Shown: in pieces, positions 1-9,980 of the stretch
Position numbering within the stretch: the first letter of the stretch is position 1
How the letters are laid out: each line of letters opens with the position of its first letter
Assembly: GCA_963755715.1 (NCBI GenBank)
Contig: CAVWLW010000014.1
Span: forward strand, 1-64,000
Reading direction: 5' to 3'
DNA: 64,000 nucleotides
Source: an uncultured delta proteobacterium
GTDB taxonomy: Bacteria; Desulfobacterota; Binatia; UBA9968
Notes under the pieces: model-generated
The model's input: the letters and a program-made list of their open reading frames with translations, nothing else
Databases searched by the model: none
Told to the model about the DNA's origin: nothing
Position numbers and translations under genes: made by a program

Positions 1-98
1 GCGTGAAGGGTTTGATGAGTACGAGAAATAAAAAGAAGTAGAATAGAAACAATTAAGTTCAAAGATAACGAGCGATCAAATCAGAAACGGAGATACCG

Positions 99-686
99 AT
101 GGAAACGTTAGACACACAATCATGGATTATACTTGCGGCCGTTGTAGCCCTGGGATTGGTTGCAATCGGGGCTTGGTTCTACCGACGAAAGCAATCCCAT
201 AATCTCCAAGAACGCTTCGGCCCGGAATATGGCCGAACCGTGAGTGAATTAGGCGGTCGAACTAAGGGCGAGTCGGAGCTCAAGGCGCGCGAAAAGCGCG
301 TAGAGCGGCTCGATATCCTTCCCCTGGCGCCGCCGGAAGCCGCCAGATTCACTGAGGCTTGGCGCGCGTTACAGAGCCGATTCATCGATAACCCCAAGGG
401 GGTGGTCGTCGAGGCCGAACAGCTGGTCCGTGAGTTGATGGAAAAACGGGGTTACCCCATGGGTGATTTTGAGCGCCGTGCGGGCGATATATCAGTGGAC
501 CATCCCGACGTTGTGGCAAATTACCGATCGGCGCAGGCCATCGCTGTGCGCGATCAGCGGGGATCGGCGGACACCGAGGAGCTGCGCAGAGCAGTTGTGC
601 ATTACCGCGCCCTCTTCGATGAGCTGCTCGAGGTAAGGGAGCCGAGGCAAGAAATCATCGCAGAGAAGCGCGTCGCGGCGAGATGA
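99..686 (+). CDS. Membrane-anchored conserved hypothetical protein
   Basis: N-terminal TM helix (WIILAAVVALGLVAIGAW), then RFGPEYGRTV...TEELRRAVVHYRALFDELL; GGAG RBS upstream. Confidence 0.7.
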   Translation: METLDTQSWIILAAVVALGLVAIGAWFYRRKQSHNLQERFGPEYGRTVSELGGRTKGESELKAREKRVERLDILPLAPPEAARFTEAWRALQSRFIDNPKGVVVEAEQLVRELMEKRGYPMGDFERRAGDISVDHPDVVANYRSAQAIAVRDQRGSADTEELRRAVVHYRALFDELLEVREPRQEIIAEKRVAAR

Positions 687-716
687 TGAAAAGAAGAAGC
701 TTGAGGAGGACGACAC

Positions 717-932
717 ATGGAACGAACGTACAAGAAAATTGAAATCGTCGGCATCTCTGAGACCAGCTTTGGCGATGCCACCCAAAATGCCGTGGCGAAG
801 GCCTGTCAGTCACTACGCCACGTCGACTGGTTCGAGGTGACGGAAATGCGCGGGCTGGTTGAAAAAGACAAAGTCAAAGAATTCCAGGTCACCGTTAAGA
901 TCGGCTTTCGGCTTGAAGATCAGCCGGCTTGA
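717..932 (+). CDS. Dodecin family flavin-binding protein
   Basis: 71 aa, TYKKIEIVGIS...WFEV.E.RG...FQVTVKIGFRLE; GAGGAGG RBS. Confidence 0.92.
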   Translation: MERTYKKIEIVGISETSFGDATQNAVAKACQSLRHVDWFEVTEMRGLVEKDKVKEFQVTVKIGFRLEDQPA

Positions 933-1087
933 ACAGCAGATGACTAAACCAGGAAAGAAGTCGAGATCGTGAATCGACAGACCGACCGTTTGGTCGAAGT
1001 TCTCGACGCTTTCGCTGTGCCCGCGCTCCGATTCACCGCGATACGTCGGAATGCTTAGAGAAAATCACCTTTGTCCGGCGCCAAGGC

Positions 1088-1104
1088 GCGGCATAGCAGT
1101 TGCG
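1088..1104 (+). promoter_or_regulatory. Putative sigma54 -24/-12 promoter
   Basis: GGCATAGCAGTTGC = GG-N10-GC (1090-1103), about 45 bp upstream of ATG 1148; a sigma54 activator is encoded downstream. Confidence 0.6.
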
Positions 1105-1147
1105 CTATAGATCGCTTGGCAAAAATTTTAGTGGAGGAAAAAAAGTT

Positions 1148-2046
1148 ATGAAGAGATTGGGTTTAGTAAAGCCGATGGTTACGGCAGTGGGCATCTTAGC
1201 GCTGTCCGGTGTGGCCATGGCTCAAAGGGAAGGTGATGCAAAGGGTTGGATGGGCGGCATGAGTCATGAATTGATAGCCAGCGCAAACTGCCCCCAAATC
1301 CAGGTTACCAAGGAGAAAATTACCGAGGATCAAGCGCGGGATTTCGCTCAACAGTACGCGGACAAGAATTTGGCCGGTTTCAAGGTGGTAAGGCCGCTTG
1401 GCTACGGCGGCGGGTATCAGACCGTGTGCTACAAGGCCGACAGCCCGGCGACCGGAAGGCATCAATCCTTCTATTCGGTCGAGTATTCCATCGACACGAG
1501 AAACTCGGCGGCTGAGACGCGCAATCTTCGCGTCGATCAATTCGGATACGTTACGGAGTTCAGCGGCCCCTTTAACGTTGCGGGCGAACGCGGCCCAGCA
1601 GGCCCAGTCGGCGTCACGGGTGCGCAAGGTCCAACCGGACCCGCGGGTCCACAAGCTCTGGTTAATCCAGTAGGTCCCCAAAGCCAGACGGGTGCGCTGA
1701 AGCGCGCGGTCCCGTTTAAGGATATCCGGTTAGACACCGACAAGTGGACATTCGGGCCAATGCAGTGAGCAAGAGCACCGACATCGCGGCGCACGTCAAG
1801 CAGAATGCGCCTATGAATGTGGGTACCGGCGGCTACGCGGATGCGTGCGGCACCGACCAACACAACCAGGGTCTGAGCGAACGTCGTGTCAACGCTATTC
1901 GTGACGCGCTGGTTAAGGCCGGCGTGGCGAGCGATAAGATCCAGACGAGCGCCTTCGGCGAGCAGAAGCCGCAGTGCAACGAATCGACTGACGCTTGCTG
2001 GCAGCGCGATCGTCGCGTCGACGTGGGATTCCGCACCGGCAATTAA
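1148..2046 (+). CDS. Secreted protein with collagen-like Gly-X-Y repeat and C-terminal OmpA-like peptidoglycan-binding domain (frameshift ~1745)
   Basis: Signal peptide; GERGPAGPVGVTGAQGPTGPAGPQ; second frame GYAD..GTDQHNQGLSERRVNAIRDAL...AFGEQKP...RDRRVD. One missing base joins the two ORFs. Confidence 0.75.
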
Positions 2047-2100
2047 GTAATAACTCGATCTTTCTGGCAGTACAGTCTCAAGACCAGAGAGATAGATCGA

Positions 2101-2132
2101 CGACCCCCGGGACCAACTGGCCCTGGGGGTCG
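2101..2132 (+). terminator. GC-rich hairpin, possible terminator
   Basis: CGACCCCCGGGACC-AACT-GGCCCTGGGGGTCG; weak U tail. Confidence 0.5.
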
Positions 2133-2152
2133 TTGCGTATTAGCGAGCAATC

Positions 2153-3904
2153 GTGACTATAATCATTTCGTCCATGCGCAGGGTTTTTTTACCACGCCAC
2201 TTTCTCGCATCGGGTCTGCTACTTCTCATCTTGGCATCCCTCTATGTTTTTTTTGAAGCCCAAAGGCTCCAGCAAGAACTCTTGCGCCAGACCGAGGACA
2301 AGGGGACGGCATTGGCAAAGGCCATGGAGACCAGTGTTAAAAACGCGATTGTCGGCAACGCTCTCTTGGAGGATCTGATCCGGCAGCGTTTGGTGGACAA
2401 TGCCGGGCTGATCGACGAACTGCTGCTCTCTCGTCACGTCGATCAGGCACTGCTCCAAGAGATCAGCGCCATGAACCGTCTGCAAAAAATCGATCTCCTC
2501 GATGAGCAGGGCCGGCCCTGGAAACTTGCCGCACTGCCGACCGTGATAGCTAGAAAAAAGACGCGAGAAGAAACCGTTCTGCCGCAGCGGCCGACGATAA
2601 GCTACGCGTGGGGAAAGCGCTGGCGGCTGCCCACGGAAAAAGCCGAGGCAAAGACGGGCGAACCGCCGACAGCCATCAAAGATAAGGAGTTCTGGAAAGG
2701 CAGTGCCTTCGGTGTCGCCGTGGGCGCGCGCAGTTTTCCGGGCATCATCGCGATCCACGCCAACGCCGACTATATTTTCAACTTCGAGAAGGCGATCGGA
2801 GTGCAAAGCCAGATCGAGGATCTCGGCCGCCAATCGGACAGTGAGTTCGTCGCGTTTCTCGATAGCGACCTGAACGTTGTAGCGCATACCGACCGGGGCC
2901 GTATCGGACAGCAGGAAAAAGAGCCCCTGGTTTTGAAAGCCAGAGGCGAACGTCAGCTATTCAGCCAGATCGTCGAGAGCGGTGGGGGAAAACGATATCT
3001 TGAGGTGGTGCAACCTGTGGCACTGGATGAATCCAATTTGGGTTTCCTCAAGATCGGCCTGTCATTGGGCTCGATGGAGATCGCCTGGCGCAACAGCGTG
3101 CGCGCCATCTTGATTCTCGGTTTGGCGATTCTGGGCGCGGGCATTTTGGGCATGGCGGCGATTTTTCATAACCAGCACAATCATCTGCTAGAGGTCAAAG
3201 CCCTGGAGGCTGAAGTGTTACACAGAGAGCGCCTTTCAGCGCTGGGAAACCTGGCTGCGGCCGTCGCCCATGAGGTCAGGAATCCGCTCAACGCCATTTC
3301 TATGGGACTGCAACGGCTCAAGTTGGAATTTCAGCCGACTGAGGATCAGGAGGACTACTCTCGTCTTGCAGAACTGATGCTCGGCGAAGTGCACCGCCTC
3401 AACACGATCGTCGAACAATTCCTCTCGCTGGCGCGCCCTTTCGAGATTAAACCCGAAGTCTTGCCGTTGCCGGAAATCCTGAAAGAGTTAGCCGCATTGG
3501 AAGACAGCGACGCCAAGCGGTCACAGGTGCAAATCCGGGTCATCGCGGCGCCGAATCTGCCGCCGCTCAAGGCCGACCCGAGTCATCTTACCCAAGTCTT
3601 GTTGAACCTCATGCTCAATGGTTTGCAAGCGATGCCGCACGGCGGAACATTGACACTGGAAGCGAAAACGTCGAGCAGCAATTTTCTCATCGCCGTTACG
3701 GACACCGGAACCGGGATCGCGCCGGAAAATCTCTCGCGCATCTTCGAGCCCTACTTTACGACCAAGGCGAAGGGCACCGGGCTGGGTCTGGCGATCTCCC
3801 GCAGGATTATCGAAGCTCACGGCGGAACGCTTACGGCTACCAATGAATCGGGCGGTGGGTGCCGCTTCGAGATTTCCTTGCCGCTCAACGGTGCGGAGGT
3901 GTAA
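2153..3904 (+). CDS. Sensor histidine kinase (ZraS/AtoS-like)
   Basis: Two TM segments flanking a periplasmic domain; H-box AHEVRNPL; N-box NLMLNG; G boxes DTGTGI and GTGLGL. Confidence 0.93.
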   Translation: MTIIISSMRRVFLPRHFLASGLLLLILASLYVFFEAQRLQQELLRQTEDKGTALAKAMETSVKNAIVGNALLEDLIRQRLVDNAGLIDELLLSRHVDQALLQEISAMNRLQKIDLLDEQGRPWKLAALPTVIARKKTREETVLPQRPTISYAWGKRWRLPTEKAEAKTGEPPTAIKDKEFWKGSAFGVAVGARSFPGIIAIHANADYIFNFEKAIGVQSQIEDLGRQSDSEFVAFLDSDLNVVAHTDRGRIGQQEKEPLVLKARGERQLFSQIVESGGGKRYLEVVQPVALDESNLGFLKIGLSLGSMEIAWRNSVRAILILGLAILGAGILGMAAIFHNQHNHLLEVKALEAEVLHRERLSALGNLAAAVAHEVRNPLNAISMGLQRLKLEFQPTEDQEDYSRLAELMLGEVHRLNTIVEQFLSLARPFEIKPEVLPLPEILKELAALEDSDAKRSQVQIRVIAAPNLPPLKADPSHLTQVLLNLMLNGLQAMPHGGTLTLEAKTSSSNFLIAVTDTGTGIAPENLSRIFEPYFTTKAKGTGLGLAISRRIIEAHGGTLTATNESGGGCRFEISLPLNGAEV

Positions 3905-5278
3905 ATGCTCAATCGTTTTCATATTCTGGTGGTCGACGACGAACCGGTGCAGCGCGAGATGATTGGCGGGTTTCTCAAGAAACAAGGCTTTGAAGTGATC
4001 GCGGCCGATAGTGCTGAAAGAGCCTTGGAACTCTTTCGGCAGGACGCCTTTGATCTGGTTCTGACCGATCAAAAGATGGCTGAAATGTCGGGCTTGGAGC
4101 TGCTGCAAGCCGTGCATACGATCAACGCGGAAACGCCGGTCATCTTAATTACCGCTTTCGGCACCATCGAAGCGGCCGTCGCCGCACTCAAACATGGCGC
4201 TATCGACTACCTGACCAAGCCGCTGAATTTGGATGAGCTGCTTTACCGCATTCGACAGGTGAGCGACCGCTATCGAATTATCAATGAGAACCGCGAGCTG
4301 CGGGAAGCCTTACAGGACCGCCATCGCATCGAAGGAATCATCGGCGAGAGCGGGCCGATGCTCGAAGTTCTTTCAATCGTACGACGGGTGGCGCCGAGCG
4401 AAGCGACGGTCTTGATCCGCGGCGAGAGCGGCACGGGAAAAGAACTGATTGCCAAGGCCATTCACTTCGGCAGCCCGAGAGCGCGCGGGCCGCTCGTGAA
4501 GGTCAACTGCGCGGCGCTTCCCGAAGCGCTGCTCGAATCGGAATTATTCGGCCATGAAAAAGGCGCTTTCACCGGTGCGCTGACTTCGCGCCAGGGGCGC
4601 TTTGAATTAGCCAACGGCGGAACGATCTTTCTCGACGAGATCGGCGATCTGCCGTTGCACCTGCAGGCCAAGCTCCTGCGCGTCCTGCAAGAGCGCGAAT
4701 TCGAGAAGGTCGGCTCCAGTCGTCCGGTTCGGGTCAACGTCAGAATCATGGCGGCGAGCCACCGACCGCTCGAGGATCTCATCAAAGCGGGACAGCTAAG
4801 AGAAGACCTCTACTATCGGCTCAATGTAGTCACGATTTTCATTCCACCGCTGCGGGAAAGGCGCTCCGATGTTGCGCTGCTGCTGGACCACTTCCTGCGC
4901 TATTACGCGGAGAAAAACGGCAAGACGATCCGCGGGCTTACGCCTGAAGGCCGGGACATTCTTTTACGCTACGACTATCCGGGAAATGTCCGAGAGCTGG
5001 AAAATATTATCGAGCGCGCGGTGGTGCTCACCAGGGATGATGTGATTGGCAGCGGCGATCTTCCGTTGACCGTTCAGGAACTGGAGGTAGCGGACGGTGA
5101 CCGGGAAACTAACCTCACGGTCGCAGTGGAAGCGCTGGAGCGGCGTATGATCAGGGACGCCCTGGCTCGGTCCGATGGCATCCAAACCCGCGCCGCGGAA
5201 CTGCTGGGAATGGGTGAACGGGCGCTGCGTTACAAATTAACAAAATACGGCTTTCGAGAAGAAGATTCCGAGTCGTGA
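3905..5278 (+). CDS. Sigma54-dependent response regulator (NtrC/ZraR family)
   Basis: Receiver domain (VVDD, KP); Walker A GESGTGKE; GAFTGA; FLDEIGD; C-terminal Fis-type HTH. Confidence 0.96.
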   Translation: MLNRFHILVVDDEPVQREMIGGFLKKQGFEVIAADSAERALELFRQDAFDLVLTDQKMAEMSGLELLQAVHTINAETPVILITAFGTIEAAVAALKHGAIDYLTKPLNLDELLYRIRQVSDRYRIINENRELREALQDRHRIEGIIGESGPMLEVLSIVRRVAPSEATVLIRGESGTGKELIAKAIHFGSPRARGPLVKVNCAALPEALLESELFGHEKGAFTGALTSRQGRFELANGGTIFLDEIGDLPLHLQAKLLRVLQEREFEKVGSSRPVRVNVRIMAASHRPLEDLIKAGQLREDLYYRLNVVTIFIPPLRERRSDVALLLDHFLRYYAEKNGKTIRGLTPEGRDILLRYDYPGNVRELENIIERAVVLTRDDVIGSGDLPLTVQELEVADGDRETNLTVAVEALERRMIRDALARSDGIQTRAAELLGMGERALRYKLTKYGFREEDSES

Positions 5279-5359
5279 TCCTGGTAATTCGAGTTGCTGA
5301 GAAACATCACGCCACGACAGCCGATTTGTTGGAAATGTTTTTTGATAGGGGAGAACTTT

Positions 5360-5848
5360 ATGGCCTTGGGCAAAAACTGGTCCGAATGGTGGCGCCGTTT
5401 TCTCGATCTTAGTACAAACGAGTCATGCACAGTCGTTGACATTCTGCGCGAGAGGTTTGTCGGAGAGATGCAGCAAGCCGATCGATTGAAGCAATATGCT
5501 CGGAGGATGCACTATCCGCAATATCAGGGGAAACTCCTCCAGTTGGCGACGGAGAAAAGTAAACAAGCTCAATGGATCGCGGAAAAGATCGCCGCACTTG
5601 GAGGCAAGTTGCCCGAGGCGTCAGAGTGCCGCTCGACGGACGAAAACAGTTGGCGATCTTTGTCGATGGCTCTCGAGGATGAAAATCGCAGTGCTGATCG
5701 TCTGCCAGAGCAACTTCGGAGAATCGGGCTCGAGCATCCGGACATCACTAAATTCCTATTAGACATTTCCCGCGCGCAGAAAAAGCATCGCGATGAAATC
5801 AGAGAGATGCTAATGCGGAGCGATCCTTTTGCGCTCTCGCTCGCTTAG
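5360..5848 (+). CDS. Ferritin-like domain protein
   Basis: Four-helix pattern including AEKIAALGG; GGGGAG RBS before ATG 5360. Metal-ligand positions look partly degenerate. Confidence 0.6.
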   Translation: MALGKNWSEWWRRFLDLSTNESCTVVDILRERFVGEMQQADRLKQYARRMHYPQYQGKLLQLATEKSKQAQWIAEKIAALGGKLPEASECRSTDENSWRSLSMALEDENRSADRLPEQLRRIGLEHPDITKFLLDISRAQKKHRDEIREMLMRSDPFALSLA

Positions 5849-6028
5849 GACGATGACTTTCGACACAGTCTAGGCGCAAAATTCGAAGAACCCTATTTGG
5901 CTTTATGCCTTCAATCACTGCATTTTTAGTGCAAACCAGCATTCTAATCCGACCGTTTAATCGCCGCTCTCGGCCCTGTTGGCGAGTTTCACTGTTTTTT
6001 CCGGCCTCATAATAATTCTTCTCCAGAT

Positions 6029-6071
6029 CGTCCAATATTAGACAGAAACCCTTGTCGATCCGGCTTAGGCT
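6029..6071 (+). promoter_or_regulatory. Crp-type palindromic site 1 plus -10 element
   Basis: CGTCCAATATTAGACA (6029-6044), 21 bp spacer, TAGGCT (6066-6071). Confidence 0.65.
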
Positions 6072-6096
6072 AATTCGAAATAGACGGAGGTAACCG

Positions 6097-6285
6097 ATGG
6101 CTGCTGACAATCGCCGTGCTGAGGGTCGACGACCCCCGCACCGAGGCAGAAGTGACCGTGAAAGCAATCCGGTATTAGGCGAGACTCAAGATGAACGCGC
6201 CCAAGGACCATCGACCCGAGAATCGTGTGATCGGGAGCGCCGACGTGGGCGACCGGATTCGCTCGAGGGGCAGCACGAGACTTGA
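6097..6285 (+). CDS. Small hydrophilic hypothetical protein
   Basis: GGAGG RBS and located just downstream of the predicted promoter; no recognisable family. Confidence 0.35.
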   Translation: MAADNRRAEGRRPPHRGRSDRESNPVLGETQDERAQGPSTRESCDRERRRGRPDSLEGQHET

Positions 6286-6442
6286 ATTTACGGCCAGAAG
6301 GAATCTCGTATACTTCATCAAAGTCTTTTTTCCTTCAGCTTTGGCGCCAGGCTTAGGACTGTGTACAGCAACGTGCACCTCGGTCCCGTCGTAGTGGCGG
6401 CCGTGATGCCTATGTTTGGTATTTCTCAGGAGGAGAAACAAT

Positions 6443-6850
6443 ATGTACGCGACACATAGCTATGCTCGGCGAAATAAATTAGTGCCGACCGCGCCGCGCG
6501 ACCGAAACCCCGTATCCGCGCGGCGGCCCGGAGACGGCATGCTCGCGGACGAGGCGTTCAGCGCTCGACCCAGCCTCGCCGCCAGGTATGCAGAAGCGGC
6601 CTTGATGCACGCTGTGCTTGAAGATGCCGTGGATTGTTTTCAGAAGCAGTTTAGCCAGGCTACCCCGCGTGCCAAGCTTCTAGGTCGGGAGGCCGAGAAG
6701 TGGTTATTCAGCGATGACTCTAACTGGCTTTTCTCGTTTCTGTCCATTTGTAGTGCGCTCGACCTCTGTCCGCAGTACATCCGCCAAGGACTCAAGCGCT
6801 GGCACGGCGGCGACCAGAAATCGTCATACAAGAAATTCGCCATGCGATGA
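6443..6850 (+). CDS. Uncharacterised helical protein, paralog A
   Basis: AGGAGGAG RBS; EAALMHAVLEDA...EAEKWLFSDD.NWLFSFLSICSALDLCPQYIRQGL shared with 21807 and 39404. Confidence 0.75.
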   Translation: MYATHSYARRNKLVPTAPRDRNPVSARRPGDGMLADEAFSARPSLAARYAEAALMHAVLEDAVDCFQKQFSQATPRAKLLGREAEKWLFSDDSNWLFSFLSICSALDLCPQYIRQGLKRWHGGDQKSSYKKFAMR

Positions 6851-7061
6851 CCGGCGAGCAGCAGAGTGTGGTCTAGATCAAGACTGGAAAATTGAGAAAG
6901 TAATGATGACGATATCGTTGGTCATTTTCATCGGGTCAAGATGAGCAGATTGGCAGCAGGCCAAGTATACCCAGATTCAAGAACCGCTGACCCATAGGAC
7001 AAAGACGCACGCGACTATCGATCATTGACTCGAATAGGGGGTTTGCGATTTCATAAGCCCC

Positions 7062-8774
7062 ATGGCCGAATCAAGAATAGTTCCAGCTTCATTTCTTAGT
7101 TACGCGCCGGTTCCGTTGGCCTTTGGTACCAGCGGGCTGCGCGGCTTGGTCACAGACATCACCGACCTTGAAACCTACATCAACGTCAAAGCGGCCCTGC
7201 GGTATTTATCAAGCGTCGGCGATATTCGGCCGAACAGCGGCGTCGTTATCGCCGGCGACCTGCGGCCGAGCACGGATCGCATCATGCGCGCTTGCGCTCG
7301 AGCGATCATCGACTCGGGCTGCCGGGTAGAGAATGCCGGCAAGATCCCGACGCCCGCGTTGATACTCCATTCCGTTTCTACGGGCCGGGCCGGCGTGATG
7401 GTGACCGGCAGTCATATTCCCTTCGATCGTAACGGCATTAAAATCAACAAAAGCGTCGGCGAGATTTTGAAGTCGGATGAAGCAGGGATCACCCACGAGA
7501 TCGAGCGCGTGCGTGTCGAAGAATATAGCCGTAGCGCGACCACATCGGCGTTCGACCCTGGCGGAATGCTCAAGCAGGCGCCGGAGTTGCCGCCGCTCGA
7601 CCGCGCCGCGGAAGAAAACTACGTCCGTCGCTACCTGCAGAGCTTCACTCCCGGCGGTCTCACCGGTCTGCGGATTCTCGTCTATCAGCATTCGGCCGTA
7701 GGCCGCGATATCTTGCCGCGCATCTTAAGCGAACTAGGCGCCGAGGTGATCGCCGCGGGACGCAGCGACACGTTCATTCCCATCGATACTGAAAACATTA
7801 CCGATGAACAGCTGGATCGACTAGAGGAATTCGCCGCCGCTGCCGAAACGAGTGGCCGGCCGCTGCACGCAATTGTTTCCACCGACGGCGACTCGGATCG
7901 GCCGTTGGTAACGGCCGTGTTGCCTGCCGCCGACCTTAGTCCCGGCGTAAGACGCGTGCGATTCTTGCCCGGTGACCTTCTGGGCATCGTCGTCGCCGAA
8001 TATCTGCGCGCGGATGCCGCGGCCGTTCCTATTAGCGCCAACGATGCTGTCGAGCGCCGCATGGAGGAACGCGGAGTTTCTTTTTTGAAAACCAAGATCG
8101 GATCGCCCTACGTTGTGGCGGCGCTCGATGAGTTGCGCCGCGACGGAAGATACTCACGCATCGTCGGCTGGGAAGCCAACGGCGGATTTTTGACCGGCAG
8201 CGATATCTCGCTAAGCGCGAGCACGCTGAACGCGCTGCCGACGCGCGATGCGACGCTACCGATCCTGGCTAATTTGTTCGCGGCCGCAGAGCAGGGCTTT
8301 AGCTTGTCCGCTTTGTGGAACCGCTTGCCGGCACGTTTCGGGCGGGCCGGCTTGCTCGATAACTTTCCGGTTGCTGCGAGCCAAACAATTCTGGCTCAAC
8401 TGATTCCATCGGGCGACGTCATCGAGGTGGGGTTCGAGGGGGCGGGGCAGGTAGTTGATCGCAGTCGCGCTGGTGTAAGCGGCGCGCCGCTCACGGCATC
8501 GGCGACCGAAGAGTGGCAGCAGTCTAAGGCAACGCTGGCGCGCTTCTTCACGGCGGCCCTCGGTTTCGACGATATCGTGCGGATCAACGTGCTCGACGGC
8601 GTGCGCGTCTATTTCCACAATGGCGACGTGGCGCACGTCCGGCCATCGGGCAACGCGCCTCAGCTGCGCATCTACGCCAACAGCAGCTCGCAGGCGCGGG
8701 CGGATCAAATCGTGGAGCTTGGGCTGCGTGAACCCGACGGCATCTTGCGTCAGTTGGAACGAGCGTTCACGTGA
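7062..8774 (+). CDS. Phosphomannomutase / alpha-D-phosphohexomutase
   Basis: FGTSGLRG; phosphoserine loop TGSHIP; metal loop DGDSDR; GWEANGG; RPSGN. Confidence 0.92.
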   Translation: MAESRIVPASFLSYAPVPLAFGTSGLRGLVTDITDLETYINVKAALRYLSSVGDIRPNSGVVIAGDLRPSTDRIMRACARAIIDSGCRVENAGKIPTPALILHSVSTGRAGVMVTGSHIPFDRNGIKINKSVGEILKSDEAGITHEIERVRVEEYSRSATTSAFDPGGMLKQAPELPPLDRAAEENYVRRYLQSFTPGGLTGLRILVYQHSAVGRDILPRILSELGAEVIAAGRSDTFIPIDTENITDEQLDRLEEFAAAAETSGRPLHAIVSTDGDSDRPLVTAVLPAADLSPGVRRVRFLPGDLLGIVVAEYLRADAAAVPISANDAVERRMEERGVSFLKTKIGSPYVVAALDELRRDGRYSRIVGWEANGGFLTGSDISLSASTLNALPTRDATLPILANLFAAAEQGFSLSALWNRLPARFGRAGLLDNFPVAASQTILAQLIPSGDVIEVGFEGAGQVVDRSRAGVSGAPLTASATEEWQQSKATLARFFTAALGFDDIVRINVLDGVRVYFHNGDVAHVRPSGNAPQLRIYANSSSQARADQIVELGLREPDGILRQLERAFT

Positions 8775-8894
8775 GGGATGGGCGCGGCCGAACATCCGGT
8801 TTGCATTTTTGACAGGTAGGCTTCAGCGTGTGAAGCATGCCCTGGCGTCTGCAAGACGGGCCGAGTTAATAGGGAAAATGGCGTAGGAGAAGCG

Positions 8895-9638
8895 ATGTTT
8901 GATTTTGGGGCCATTGCTACAGTTTTAGTTGTCTCCGTTTTGCTGACGATCAGCGGAATCAAGATTTTGAAGGAGTATGAGCGGGCAGTGATTTTTCGGC
9001 TGGGACGTTTGGTAAAGGCGCGCGGTCCTGGGATTATCTACGTTATTCCATGGGTTGAGAAAATGATGCGAGTGGGACTTCGCACAGTCACTATGGATGT
9101 GCCGCCGCAAGATGTGATTACACGCGACAACGTCTCCATCAAGGTCAGTGCTGTTCTCTACTTCAGGGTCATCGAACCCAATCGAGCAATCACGGAAGTG
9201 CAAAATTATCTCTTTGCCAGTTCTCAACTCGCTCAGGTCACGCTCAGGAGCACTTGTGGGCAGGCCCTACTGGACGAGCTCTTGGCCGAGAGGGAAAAGA
9301 TCAATACGCGAATTCAGGAGATCCTGGACGCCCAAACCGAGCCGTGGGGAATCAAAGTGGTTTTAGTAGAAGTAAAGGACATCGATCTTCCGCTAGACAT
9401 GCAGCGGGCCATGGCCAAGCAGGCAGAGGCGGAGAGAGAGAGGCGTGCAAAAGTCATTCATGCGGAGGGAGAATTTCAAGCCTCTCAGAAGTTGGCGGAT
9501 GCAGCCGAAATCATCGCGAAACACCCTGCGGCCATGCACCTCAGATTCCTGCAAAGTCTCGTTGAGGTATCCGCGGAAAATAATTCCACCGTAGTCGTGC
9601 CGGTGCCCGTAGATTTGTTAAGGCGTTTTCTTCCGTAG
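8895..9638 (+). CDS. SPFH/stomatin-like (slipin) protein
   Basis: [45 protein letters not shown]. Confidence 0.95.
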   Translation: MFDFGAIATVLVVSVLLTISGIKILKEYERAVIFRLGRLVKARGPGIIYVIPWVEKMMRVGLRTVTMDVPPQDVITRDNVSIKVSAVLYFRVIEPNRAITEVQNYLFASSQLAQVTLRSTCGQALLDELLAEREKINTRIQEILDAQTEPWGIKVVLVEVKDIDLPLDMQRAMAKQAEAERERRAKVIHAEGEFQASQKLADAAEIIAKHPAAMHLRFLQSLVEVSAENNSTVVVPVPVDLLRRFLP

Positions 9639-9689
9639 GGCAGCGCTGTTGCCTTGCGACGAGCGTCGGTGCGATCCCGAGTAGGACGC

Positions 9690-9960
9690 CACCTTTTTTC
9701 TAGCGGGTCTAGATCACGGCAGATGACTAGCGAGACAGACAATTTACGGACCATCTCAACAGATACTTATCGCGTGGTGATTTCGCGTATTCGTGACGCA
9801 GAATCTATTTTGATATATGGTCCTGTCAAGGTAAACGACGAGTTCGAAAAACGCCTTGCGAAAAAAGTGCTTGGTAGACGCATCGTCGGTATTGAACAGC
9901 TGGCAAGATGACAAACCGCTAGATTGCGGCAAAAGTCCGACACCGCTTTCGAAAATTAGT
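9690..9960 (+). pseudogene. Remnant of host-attachment/eRF1-like family gene
   Basis: IRDAESILIYGP...RIVGIE, continuing in another frame as KMTNR*IAAKVR; internal TAG and no intact N-terminus. Confidence 0.5.
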
Positions 9961-9980
9961 TTACCAGTTCAAGAATAGGG

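Noticed and set aside
6870-6885. Extra Crp-type site GGTCTAGATCAAGACT
   Set aside because: Both outer bases mismatch and there is no -10 element at the 21-bp spacing.
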